Source: Scyliorhinus canicula (lineage: Eukaryota). From it: DNA of 64,000 bases. Numbering within the stretch: the stretch's first letter is position 1; every line of letters begins with the position of its first letter. The notes beneath the pieces are model-generated. The model ran no database searches. It was not told the DNA's origin and saw only the letters and a program-made list of their open reading frames with translations. This document shows positions 50,701-62,798 of the stretch, piece by piece. The stretch lies in contig NW_024055478.1 of assembly GCF_902713615.1 (NCBI RefSeq), positions 740,363 through 804,362 on the forward strand, given 5' to 3'. Position numbers and translations under genes: made by a program.

Positions 50701-52611
50701 GGCTCCAGGACAGCAACATGTCTGACTCTTCAGTTCCTTCTGAGCTGGCCCAGCAAACCACTCAGTTCAACAGCAACTAGGAACAGGAATACATGGTGGT
50801 CATCACAGTGAGTCCCACAATCTATGGAAGAATAAAGTGGGGGAAAAATAAATGTGCATGTTTATCTGTTACAAAATGCACCCTCTGTCTGATAGTCTGC
50901 TGGTATTTCTATCCATCATCACAATGTTATGAGATGTGGGAGAGATCCTCCAGCGGGATATTGCTGCTAAGAGGGATCAGAGAAGCTGGATAACTCTCCT
51001 TTCCATAGAGATGGGAACCGTTCACAGAGGTTCGCAATTTAAAACATAAAATGATCTCCAGTCCTGTTGCTGGGTAGATTAGTTTATAAATAGTCCTAAT
51101 TAACAATGTTAAGAGTTTGAAGTTGGCTTGCAGCCAAGCGGTCATACGGAAGAAACAGATCTTTGAAAAAGTACATCCAGATGTTTCCTGTAAACAACAT
51201 TGAACATTCGAGCCTCCCTGACTGCAGGTGGATTGCTGCCAAATACTGTGTGGGCCAGATTCGCCTGAATATGAATGGACACAATGGGATTGATCCATTC
51301 AACAATAAATGTTTCAGTCGCACATGAAGTAAACGTTTTAAATGGTGTTCCATCAGATAAATATATTCAGAAAATGTTCTGTTCACTTTGAGATTAAACA
51401 TGATCGGAAAATAGTAAACTGACCAGATGCTGTTTAATTTATATAAGTTCCGAGTAAAGGTCACTGTAGTTATGGAAGTCCGTTTGTGAAGAACCTAATG
51501 AAGTGAGAGTGAGTGGTGCTGATGGACCCAATCCACAAGCCCAATAAGATGAGTGAAATTGTAAAAAAAAATAAGTTAAATTAAAAGAAAATCAGAAATC
51601 TGTCTTGAACCCGCCAGAATTCCTGGAATATTCTCCAAGTTGTTGACTTCATTTAAACGTACACTTAGACGTGATTTTCACCGTGTTCTGTACAGTTTAA
51701 TTTGTGCTGATTTCCATTATTTAACAGTCCCTCTCATTGCTGCTAATGAGTGGAGAAATGACCAGTTCATGACCTGCTTCAGTGGAAGATTAAACATGTA
51801 TTCTTGTGATATTGTATAATATGCAGCAAAGTCCTGATATCCTGTGTTCCCAACACCAGTGAATGCTAGACAGCCGGTGGTCAGTAAAATTAGCGGCAAC
51901 GATTTGGATGCTGAAGGATAACTTTGCTGATCGCACTGTCCGTTCTGATTCATTAACTTCTCTGTCAAAAGCTGGTGTGAATTTTATGTTTTTCTGTCAA
52001 CTCACTGCTGAATTATCAGGCAAGCGCTTCTTTTACCGCTAATGTTCTCAGGACTGTCTGAGGCTCAGGGGCAGTTCCAGAAATGTAAAGAGAGACATTG
52101 TATAATGTGAGGAGTTTCTTCTTGTCAACAGACCCACATTGAACAATGATAGCCATCCACACTGCAAATGTCATCACGCCATTCATTCCATCATTTAGTT
52201 ACATTTCGTCTGATAAATTATACTTTATTGTTGCAATGGGATAGAGACCGAGAATGTTGCAAATCTGACTGACAGACGATTTGTTCCCTGACAAAATGTA
52301 ATTTAATCTGTTTATGTTCATCCCTTTATATTGGAGTGTAGAAATAAAGAGACTTAGTATATAATGGAATTAGATTTTACTTAGAGATGCTCAAATATAA
52401 TTTTCCATTCGGATGAGGAGAGACATTACAGTGAATCTATTCAGCCAAACAAATATACCGGTACCGATCTAATCTCTTTTTAAAATAATAACCTATAGTA
52501 AATCTCTGTGTCCATTCTGTTGGGGGTGTGGAAGGTGGGACGTGGATCCATACGCCGCCTCCACCAGGGAATCAACAGGCGGCGCCTGGAAAACCGCCCC
52601 CTTCTGCCGGG

Positions 52612-52620
52612 TATTTAAAT
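52612..52620 (+). promoter_or_regulatory. TATA-like box of the VH promoter
   Basis: TATTTAAAT ~90 bp upstream of the VH ATG, preceded by GC-rich boxes. Confidence 0.45.
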
Positions 52621-52710
52621 GCCGCTCACTGGGACCCGAATCCAACAGTCCGGGAGCTGGTTTGTTCACTGAGTTCCTGACACAACCATTTCCCCCAAAT
52701 GACCAGAAGG

Positions 52711-53211
52711 ATGAGGTGGGCCATTTCTCTCAGTTTGTTGCTGACTTTCTTATCCCGTGAGTAGTTTTTATTGTCCAAGTCTCTCACTGTTACTGTCTCA
52801 GTGTTAGTCTCTCTCTGGAATGTTCCAGAGTCACCAATCATTTCACCAGCATTCATCCTCGGGCTTTTTGATATATTTTTACAGGTGTCCAGTCGGATGT
52901 TGTGCTGACTCAGCCGGAGGCAGAGACCGGGCGTCTCGGATGCTCCCTGACACTGATCTGTAAAACCAGCGGGTTCAGTCATAGCAGCTACAACATGTAC
53001 TGGGTCCGCCAGTTTCCCGGACAGGGGCTGGAGTGTCTGATTTGGTACTATAGTTCATCGGAGAACGCCTACGCCCCAGCAATTAAAGATCGATTCACTG
53101 CGTCTAAAGACACTTCAAACAACATCTTCTCTTTGACTATGACGAGACTGGAGAGCAAAGACACCGCCATCTATTACTGTACAAGAGATATAGTAGCTGG
53201 GCCTGGAGCTG
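52711..53211 (+). CDS. IGHV: Immunoglobulin heavy-chain (IgM-type) V segment pre-joined to D sequence
   Basis: Leader 52711-52756 ([15 protein letters not shown], donor GTGAGT). Exon from 52885: (R)[100 protein letters not shown], running in frame into DIVAGPGA. No 23-RSS follows the V. Confidence 0.93.
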
Positions 53212-53239
53212 CACAGCAGTTACTGTCAATACAAAAAGC
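53212..53239 (+). other. 12-bp-spacer RSS (D-type 3' signal)
   Basis: CACAGCA 53212-53218, GTTACTGTCAAT (12 bp), ACAAAAAGC 53231-53239. Confidence 0.88.
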
Positions 53240-53568
53240 CCCTCAGCACTATTTAACTGAGGCTGGGAAAGTGCTCGCTTTTGCAATCCAACTTTATTTA
53301 TAGTGAAGTATTATTTATTTCCAGCACAGCACAAATGACAAACATTAGTTTGGAAAATCTGTGATAATTATTCACTCATCAGTTAGTGATTTCAATAACA
53401 TGCTCCTGTATTACTCTGTGGTACATAGAGCATTGGGTCATGTGTGAAGAACAAGCGGTATCCACAAATACAATTATAATCTAATGCAAATTCATTGTGA
53501 CTTTACTTCGTCTCTGGTTTCTGAATATTAAAAATAATGGTGGATTTCTGTCTACTTTGTGCAGGTGC

Positions 53569-53655
53569 GCTTATTGTATGATGCTGTCCAGGGTTTGTCA
53601 GGTTGTGACGACTGTGCATATTGGGGACAAGGCACCATGGTGACGGTGACTGCAG
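53569..53655 (+). CDS. IGHJ: Immunoglobulin JH segment with degenerate 23-RSS
   Basis: Nonamer GCTTATTGT 53569-53577, 23 bp, heptamer GGTTGTG 53601-53607. Coding 53608-53655 reads DCAYWGQGTMVTVTA, followed by donor GTAAG. Confidence 0.9.
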
Positions 53656-55254
53656 GTAAGAACCATTCAGTTAGTTACCAACTGTTTCACTTGAGTCTTT
53701 GCTTTTTTTTGCTATTTTAACAATGCATTGGTTCACTGAAATCTGGATTTGGTGGATTCTGTATTGAGATGTTTTGCAATTTTTCATGTGATTCTCCTAG
53801 AAAAGAATTATAGAATTACCCTGTCTCTTGACAAGGCTTCTGCTGAGTGCTTCAGCCCCTGTTGTTATGATTTGATGTTTATTTGCTGAGGATACTGGGC
53901 GGCCGGGTTACTTTAAATACATAACATCTATTAAACAGTTTGGCGTTTCTTCAATGTTTATTCTCGTTGACATCTGATGGCTGCAGGCTTTGTCACCTCC
54001 TGCACCTGATAGAAAGCTAATCCAATATTAACAAAATATGCTAAAGTTTCTATATTAATTTATTGAACATGTTCTGCTTCTTCACGATGGTGATGCTTTT
54101 ATTGATTCTTGTTTTAGTTTTTCCATCCATTCACTTGATGGCAGAAGGATTTGATGGGTTCTCGATTTAGATTTTCTTGAAAGGTTGCTTGATTCTGTTG
54201 AAAGTGTTTGTAGAATTGAGCTGCGTCTCCATGAAAGGTGTTTCAGCCCCTTGGTCATGTGATTTGGAGTTTTCCTGCTGAGTAGATTGTGTGTCTGGGT
54301 GACTTTGAATAAATAGAATTCGAGACGCTGTTTGGCGTTTCTGCATCGTTTAAACTCGGTGACACTGAGTGGTTTCACGTTTTCTGGTCAAATGCAAACA
54401 GCCTATGTATTTGAATCTGCTTGAAATACCATTGTAGGGAGAAACGCTACAGGTTCCGAAAATGAAGGAAATAATTAAATATTTATTTGAGTTGATTAAA
54501 AAATGTAACTGGTGATTACTGATTAAACTAAACAATGGATGAGCAGCACGGTGGCACAGTGGTTAGCTCTGCTGTCTCTCGGCGCCGAGGTCCCAGGTTC
54601 ACTGTCCGTGTGGAGTTTGCACATTCTCCCCGTGTTTGCCTGGGTTTCACCCCTAAAACCCAAAGATGTGCAGTTTAGGTGAATTTGCCACACTAAATTG
54701 ACCCATAATTGGAAAAAATGAATTGGGTACTTTAAAAAAAACTAAATCATGAAGTCATGCAGAAAGTAATTCGTTACTGCAATCTCAAACTACATAATTA
54801 ACTATTTTTAAAATTGGAGAGTGAAACTAATATACTGTAAACAAGCATAATGTGTAATATAACTTCATATTAGCCATAGATAATTAATGTTAATATCATT
54901 AATTATCAATCGCCCTTCAGAATTCTGGTGTCCATTAGCATGACTGGAAACTTTTCTAGACTGGAAATATTTTGTGATTATGCTGAAACTGTTTTAATAA
55001 TAACAAACTGATTCTACAGCAGTGTTCAGTTACACTAGAGATTTTTGAATTATTTTTTATATCCTTGATTGCATATGAAGTTACTTAAATAGGAGTTTAA
55101 CATTGCAGTTTGACAATTTATGTATCCGGTTTTATATTCTTTCTGGGGAGCAGCAACAATGCAATGTTTTCAATGCCATTCGTAGTTAGGTAGTGAGATA
55201 GTTATCGCTAATCTAATCATAAGAGTTTTCTGCGATCTGTAAGGCGCTGGTAGA

Positions 55255-56005
55255 ACAAAGAACAAAGAAAAGTACAGCACAGGAACAGGCCCTTCGGCCC
55301 TCCAACCCCTTGCCGACCATGCTGCCCGACTAATCTACAATCTTGTACACTTCCTGGGTCCGCATCCCTCTATTCCCATCCTATTCATGTATTTATCAAG
55401 ATACCCCTTAAATGTCACTATCGTCCCTGCTCCCACCACCTCCTCTGGTAGCGAGTTCCAGGCACCCACTACCCTCTGTGTAAAAACACTTGCCTCGTAC
55501 ATCTACTCTAAACCTTGCACCTTGTACCTTAAACTTATGCCCCCTAGTAATTGACTCCTCTACCCTGGGGAAAAGCCTCTGAAGATCCACTCTGACTAGG
55601 CCCCTCATGATTTTGCCGACCTCTATCAGGTCGCCCCTCAACCTCCGTCGTTCGAGTAAGAACAAAACGAGTTTATTCAACCGCTCCTCATAGCTAATGC
55701 CCTCCATACCAGGCAACATCCTGGTAAATCTGTTCTGCACCCTCCCAAAATCCTCCACATCCTTCTGGTAGTGTGACGACCAGAATTGAACACTACATTC
55801 CAAGTGAGTCCTAACTAAGGTTCTATGCAGCTGCAACATGACTTGCCAATTCTTATACTTAATGCCCCGGGCAATGAAGGCAAGAATGCCGTATGCCTTC
55901 TTGGCTACCTTCTCCACCTGAGTTGCCCCTTTCAGTGACCTGTGGACCTGTACACCTAGATCTCTCTGACTTCCAATACTCTTTAGAGTTCTACCCTTCA
56001 CTGTA
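55255..56005 (-). mobile_element. CR1 LINE 3' fragment
   Basis: ORF 55408-56001(-): SQRDLGVQVHRSLK..KKAYGILAFI..RFTRMLPGM; tail (AGAACAA)n. Confidence 0.9.
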
Positions 56006-57699
56006 TAGTGAAAACTGTTGTGAAAAAAAACATATCATTTTATTTGAATTGTAGAACTGTTCATAATGCACAGGGCTGGATATTGACAAGTAACAGCTTG
56101 AAATTCAAAGAGATTAATTGTAAAAAGCGAATATTAGGCTTCCTGATAAATAACAACGTCTTGTCTCCCATAACTGGGCTGTACACACGATGGAATTGTA
56201 AGAAAAACAAACGGTATAGCAGAAGAGCAGAATGTCTCTGAACCTCGTGCTTAGTTTTTATTAAATATTAAATTGAATAACAAACTATCCATTCCATTAA
56301 GTTTCAGAGTTGTAGAGGATCTGAATGACTTGTTTTCATTATGTTTTGCACTTATTAGCTTGGATCTCCTTTAATTAGTAATATTTTAAATAATTAAGTC
56401 ACCTGTATTTTCTGAGTTATACAATCTAGGAAGCACTTTTATTGATTACAAACTGCCAGCGACTTTATTCGTTTATATATGTAGTTTCGAATTACGACCG
56501 TTTGTAAATGCGGAAGTCCGTCTTTAACAAACGGATGATGCAACATCACACCTCATCTCCCCACACACATACACCACCACACAAACACGGACCATTCTCG
56601 CTTCAAGCATGGACCGCCCGGTTGAAAGTATTTGCAATGTTGCATTCATAGATTTATCATCTGGATTGCCCACTGAGAATAGATGGAATTCAAGATTTAT
56701 CAATGCGTTTAGAAATTACATATTTAACATTTATGTCAGTTACAAGAGGGCAGTTGAATTCAAAGCAAAGCCTAAAGTACTAACATTTGATTATATTTAA
56801 TAAATGTCTTTGACATGTCTGAATGTTTCCATACGGTTATTTGAAGATTATTGTTTAGCATTACTTAAGATGTAATGAAACCAAGATTATTGAACAAAGG
56901 TCCAGGCAGGAACAATTTTCAAATTATAGAAAGCTATTTCCTATTATGTTTTATTATAGAGTGTAAATCAGCTAACAAGACAATTAATTGGCGATTAACA
57001 ATAGTTTGCAATGTAATATTAGTCCTAACTAATTCCGCAAATATTACCTCCTGCGATTGCGGTGCATACTGGCGTACATTATGTCACAGCTTGTGGAGAA
57101 TTTTAAGTTCTATGGAAAATGAATTTACAAAACAACACATTTCCTTATTCAGGTGTTTCATCTCGATTATCTTGTTGATCACATTTAATTAAGAACTTAG
57201 ATAAATCAGGTAATCCGTTTTTAATGAGAATATTTCCTGATTTGTTTAATTCTTACCTTGTTACAGAATCTCTGTTACGGACGTCCAATTACCTACCCTC
57301 AATCTCTCATACTTGATGTGCTAATTTTTAGCAAAATTATATTTTTCAAAATGTTCGCAACTTGAAACAGACAGGGAGAAATAGTTGAAAGTCGAAGAGA
57401 GTTTAGAAATTAATATCAGTTTAATTTAAAATAAGTTACTATTGTTATCGGAAGTTGACCATTAATCAATTAGAATTAAACGGTTTGAATGAAATTGACA
57501 GATTGAACGGATCGATCTGCTGTGTTTGTCTGTTCAGTTTCCGTGTTTTGTGTCTCGTCACTGAGTTAGGACCAGGCATCTTCCTGACTGTTTGTAAACC
57601 TGCTTCTTTCTCCCATATTTCAGAGACTGAAATTTAATTTATATATTTTCAAGACTTGCAGCTGTGTGGAATGTAAAAGTTTGACTTGCTGTTTGACTG

Positions 57700-59280
57700 G
57701 GTGCGTCAAAAATTCCTCCCACACGGAAAGACATTCTCAAACGCACACAGTTGTCTCTCGCGCACACACTAAAAAACGCACATGGCCTTTCAAAAAATCT
57801 TTCCCTCTCTCACACACACAAAAGCGTATTCTCGCTTTTCCACACCCAAACACAAGCGCACTCCCGCACACACTGTCTGGCACATACAGTTTATCTCTGA
57901 AGCGCAGGGCAGCACTGTGGCGCAGTGGTTAGCATTGCCGCCTCAGGGCGCTGAGGTCCCAGATTCGATTCCAGCTCTGGGTCACCGTCTGTGCCGTTTG
58001 CACAGTTTGCAGATTCGCTCCGTGTTTGTGTGGGTTTCGCCCCCACATCCCAAATGTGTGCAGGGTAGGCGGATTGGCCTCTTAATTTAAAAAAATCCCA
58101 CACTCTCAACCTATACGCAAACATGCTCACACACATTCTTTCACACACTTCCTCTTACCCACCGTCTGACTTATTCACAAACTCACCCTTGCGCACACAT
58201 TGTCTCTCTCTCACATATTCACACACATCATCTCCGTCACATAATCTGTCACACAGACGCACTTGGTCCACATGCGTTCTTTCACACGTTTGCGAACGCT
58301 CTCTTCCATCTCTGTTTCGTCTAGTCTCACATACACCCTCTCACACACGCATAATATTTTACACATATTCTCTCAGCACGCACATACAGTAAAAAGTCTT
58401 ACAACACCAGGTTAAAGTCCCACAGGTTTGTTTCAAATACGAGCTTTCGGAGCACTGCTCCTTCCTCAGGTGAGGAAAGAGCTGTGCTCCGAAATCTCGT
58501 GTTTGAAACAAACCTATTGGAATTTAACCTGGTATTGTCAGACGTCTTACTGTGCTCACCCCAGGCCAACGCCGGCATCTCCACATCACGCATATACAGA
58601 CAGACTTTGAACTCTCTCTCCCACACAGACACGTTCTCCCACACGCTCGCACTCGCCCATACGAAATGAAATGAAAAATGAAAATCGCTTATTGTCACGA
58701 GTAGGCTTCAATGAAGTTACTGTGAAAAGCCCCTAGTCGCCACATTCCGGCGCCTGTTCGGGGAGGCTGTTACGGGAATCAAACCGTGTTGCTGGCCTGC
58801 TTGGTCTGCTTTCAAAGCCAGCGATTTAGTCCTGTGCTAAACAGCCCCTCTCTTACACAAACATGCTCTCCTGCTCACAAACGTAGTCTCTCTTTCACAA
58901 ACTCGCATACAGGTTGCCTCTTTTGCACACACACAATCTCTCTCACACACACGATCGCACAAAGACACTTTCATGCACGCGCTATTTTGCTCACGCACAC
59001 ATCTTCTCTCAGATGCACACACAAAATCTCTCTACACAAAGACACTCTCTTACACACACACATATGCATTCTCTTATTCGCACACTTTACCTCACAAACA
59101 TTGCCACTTTCATTCACAATCACACACAATCTCTCACGCACACATACTCACACATTCACGCAGATAGTCTCATGCACAAACTCTTGCTCTCACACACCGT
59201 CTCGCTCATATACATACTGATTCTTGCTCTCATGCACTGTCCCTCACACACAACACACATTACATTACATCCTCTTACAT
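57700..59280. repeat. AC/TC-rich low-complexity tract with embedded SINEs and a hairpin element
   Basis: Degenerate CACACA/TCTCTC runs; SINEs at ~57906-58095 and 58664-58847. Confidence 0.85.
58396..58543. repeat. Long imperfect inverted repeat (73-bp arms, 2-nt loop)
   Basis: 58396-58468 is the reverse complement of 58471-58543 with ~9 mismatches. Confidence 0.85.
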
Positions 59281-60899
59281 TAAGGCAGCATTTCAAAGAG
59301 TGGCATTAAGGAACATCCAGAAAAACTGGAATCGATGAGCATCGGGGGGGGGGGGGGGGCACTATTCGTTTGTAAGAGTCATACATCGCACAAGGGAAGA
59401 TGGTTGTGGATGTCGGACGTCAATCATCTCAGCTCCAGCACATCACTGCAGGACATCCCAGGGTAGTGGCCAAGGCAAAATCATCCTCAGCTACTTCATC
59501 CATGACCTTCCTTCTATCACAATGTCAGATTATAAGAGCAGTACGGTGGCACAGTGGTCAGCATTGCTGCCTATGGTGCTGAGGACCCGGTTTCGAATCC
59601 TGGCCCTGGGTCACTGTCCGTGTGGAGTTTGCACGTTGTCTGCGTGGGTTTCACCCCCACAACCCAAAAATGTGCAGGATAGGTAGATTGGACACTCTAA
59701 ATTGCCCCTTAATTGGAAAAAATAATTGGGTACTCTAATTTTATTTTTAAAATAAATAATAATGTCAGATTATTCACTGATGGCTGCACGATGTTCAGCA
59801 CCATTTGCAACTGTGCAGATACTGAGACAGTCCATGTGCAAATGAAGCAAGACCTGGACAATGGACAAGGCAGCACGGTAGCATGGTGGTTAGCATAAAT
59901 GCTTCACAGCTCCAGGTTCGGTTCCCGGCTGGGTCACTGTCTGTGCGGAGTCTGCACATCCTCCCCGTGTGTGCGTGAGTTTCCTCCGGGTGCTCCGGTT
60001 TCCTCCCACAGTCCAAAGATGTGCGGGTTAGGTGGATTGGCCATGCTAAATTGCCCGTAGTGTCCTAAAAAGTAAGGTTACGGGGCGGTTGGGTTACGGA
60101 TATAGGGCGGATACGTGGGTTTCAGTAGGGCGATCATTGCTCAGCACAACATCGAGAGCCGAAGGGCCTGTTCTGTGCTGTACTGTTCTATGTCCTTCTA
60201 AGTTGCAAATGACATTTGCGCCAGACAGGTGCAGTCAAAGCATATCTCCAACAAGAGAGAATCAAACCATCACTGCTGAACATTATATCCTCCACTATCA
60301 GCATCCTGGGGTTTACCATTGACGAGAAACTGATCTAGAGGAGACACATAAATGTTCTGGCTACAATAACTAGGAATAATGTAGCGAGAAACTCACCTCC
60401 TCACTCACAAAAGCCCGTCCACCTATAAGGGACAAGGCAGGAGTGTGATGGAATGCTTTCCACTTGCCTATATGAGTGCATAACTCAAACACTAAAGAAT
60501 CATAGAATCCCTATAGCGCAGAAGGAGGCCATTCAGCACATTGAGGCTGCACCGACCTTTCAAAAGACCACACTATGTCGGCCCAATCCCCGCCTTATCC
60601 CTGTGACCCCACCAAACATAGCGGCATTTTAGTATGGCTAGCCTGGTCATCTTAAGATATCATTCGAAGCTCACCACGTACAAAGTAAGACGTCTTTCAA
60701 CACCAGGTTGTTTGGCATGCTTTCAACATTCACTCCCTCCACCCTTGATAAACGGTGGCAGCATTATGTCCCATCTACCATATGCACTGCAGGAGTTCAT
60801 CGTGGGCAGCACCTTCCAACCCATGACAGCTTCCATCTGGATAAGGACAGCAAATACATGGGAGCACCACCAACCGGTTGAATTGTGTCAGAGGATGCT

Positions 60900-62565
60900 G
60901 TGGGAAGCGATGGAGGAGGTTGCAGGGGCTCTGACCTAAATTTTTAACACCTGTCTCACCACGGGGGAGGTGCCAGAGGATTGGAGAACAGCGAATGTGG
61001 TCCCACTATTTAATAATGTGGTAGAGATAAGCCAGGGAACCGCTTACCCTACTGAACTACAGGTAGAGTACCACTCACGCCAGTTGTAGGAAAACGAACT
61101 TGGCCTAACCCATGCCTTATCGACACATTTCTGATGGAGAGAATCTATCTCCACTTGGAGAAGCAAGGTTTGATCAGAAATAGTCAGCATGTCTTTGTCA
61201 GAAGCAGGTCATGCCTAACAAATTTGATTGAATTGTTTGAGCATGTAACCAGGTATGTAGATGAGGGTAGTGCAGTTGATGTAGTTTACGTGGATTTCAG
61301 CAAAGCCTTTGACAAGATCCCACGTTGGAGACTTATAAAGACGATGCATGGGATACAGAGTAACTTGATACAGTGGATTCAAAATTGGCTTCGCTGTAGA
61401 GACAGAGGGGGGGGGGGGTTTACAGACGGCTGCTTTAGTGATTGGAAGCCAGTGGCGTAGCATTGCTGGGTCCCCTATTGTTTGTAATTCATATAAACGA
61501 AATAGATTACTATTTGGGGCAAAGAGCAGTAAGTTTGTGGAAGGCACAATGATTGTCGGGTGGTTAACTGTGAGGTTGAGTGTCTTGTGTTACAGGAAGA
61601 TGGTCAAATGAGCAGCAAAATGGCAGATGTAATGTAATCCTGAAAAGTGTGAGGTGATCCACTTTGGAATGAGTAATTCGACAACACAGAATTTAATGAA
61701 TGGCCTGACACTGAGATATTCTGAGAAACAAAGGTTCCTTGGCTTGTTTTACATAGATCTCTGAAGGCAGAAGGGCAGGTTGTTAAGTTGATGAAAAGGG
61801 CATATGGGACACATGCCTTTATCAATGAAGGCATGAATTACAAAAACAGGGGAGTCATGCTAGAGTTATATGGAACATTGATGTGGCCACAGCTGGAGTA
61901 TTGTGTGCAGTTCTGGTCGCCACATTATAGGGAGGATGCCATTGAACTGGAGAGGGTACAGAGACAATTCACAGGATGTTAGCTGGGATGCAACATTTAA
62001 GTTATGAAGCGAGGTTGAATAAACTTGGGTTGTTTTTGCTGGAGCAGAGAAAACTGGGGGGCGTCGTGATCGAGGTGTACAAGATTATGAGGGCCATAGA
62101 CAGGTTCGATAGGGAGCAGCTGTTACCCTTCGTTGAAGGGTCAGTTACATGGGGCACAAGTTCAAGGTGAGGGGCAGGGGTTTTAGGGGGGAATTGAGGA
62201 AAAACGGTTTACCCAGAGGGTGTCGACACTCTGGAATGCACTGCCTGGGAGGGTGGTGAAGGTGATTTGACTCAATTCCTTTTCAAAAATACCTTGATGA
62301 GCATTTAGCACGCCATAACCTTCAAGGCCACCTTCTAAGGCTTTGACAAAGGTCAGATGCTGCCAAACCTGCCAAAACAAAAAAAGTTTTTCCAGCATTT
62401 TCTCTTTGCTTTCAGATTCCAGCATTCACAGTAATTTGCTTTTATAACATTCAAGGCCAAGTGCTGGCAAATAGGATTATGATTGGCAGGTCAGGGCATT
62501 TCATTGTTGGTGCAGACTTGGTGGCCCGAAGGACCTCTTCTGTACTGTATTATTCTGTATTCTGA
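60900..62565 (+). mobile_element. Degraded CR1 LINE (RT region to 3' UTR)
   Basis: QHVFVRSRSCLTNL..YVDFSKAFDKIP and LELYGTLMWPQLEYCVQFWSPHY motifs; frameshifted. Confidence 0.9.
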
Positions 62566-62798
62566 AAATGAAATTACATAGGTGACAGCACTATATATAA
62601 AGAATATCCAAATGTTGCACTGTGCACAGATTTTTAACAAACAGACAGAGAACTGGTTGAGACCACGGCCACCAGGTTAACCAATACTGGTGTAAAATTG
62701 GTCAAGAATCATAAGCAGTCCAGCCTCGTTTCACTGTAACCTCTCTCAGTCTGCCTGTCTGTGAATTTGACACGGGTGTCTTAAAGAAATACATTGGC

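Noticed and set aside
51160-51970. Motifs AAKYCVG and QDFAAYYT resembling V FR3
   Set aside because: Isolated words without framework context or RSS.
53610-53616. GACTGTG as the JH heptamer
   Set aside because: No nonamer at 12 or 23 bp, and J would be abnormally short. GGTTGTG at 53601 has a nonamer at 23 bp and gives a 48-nt J.
55141-55170. FWGAATM as a second JH
   Set aside because: Lacks WGxG, an RSS and a splice donor.
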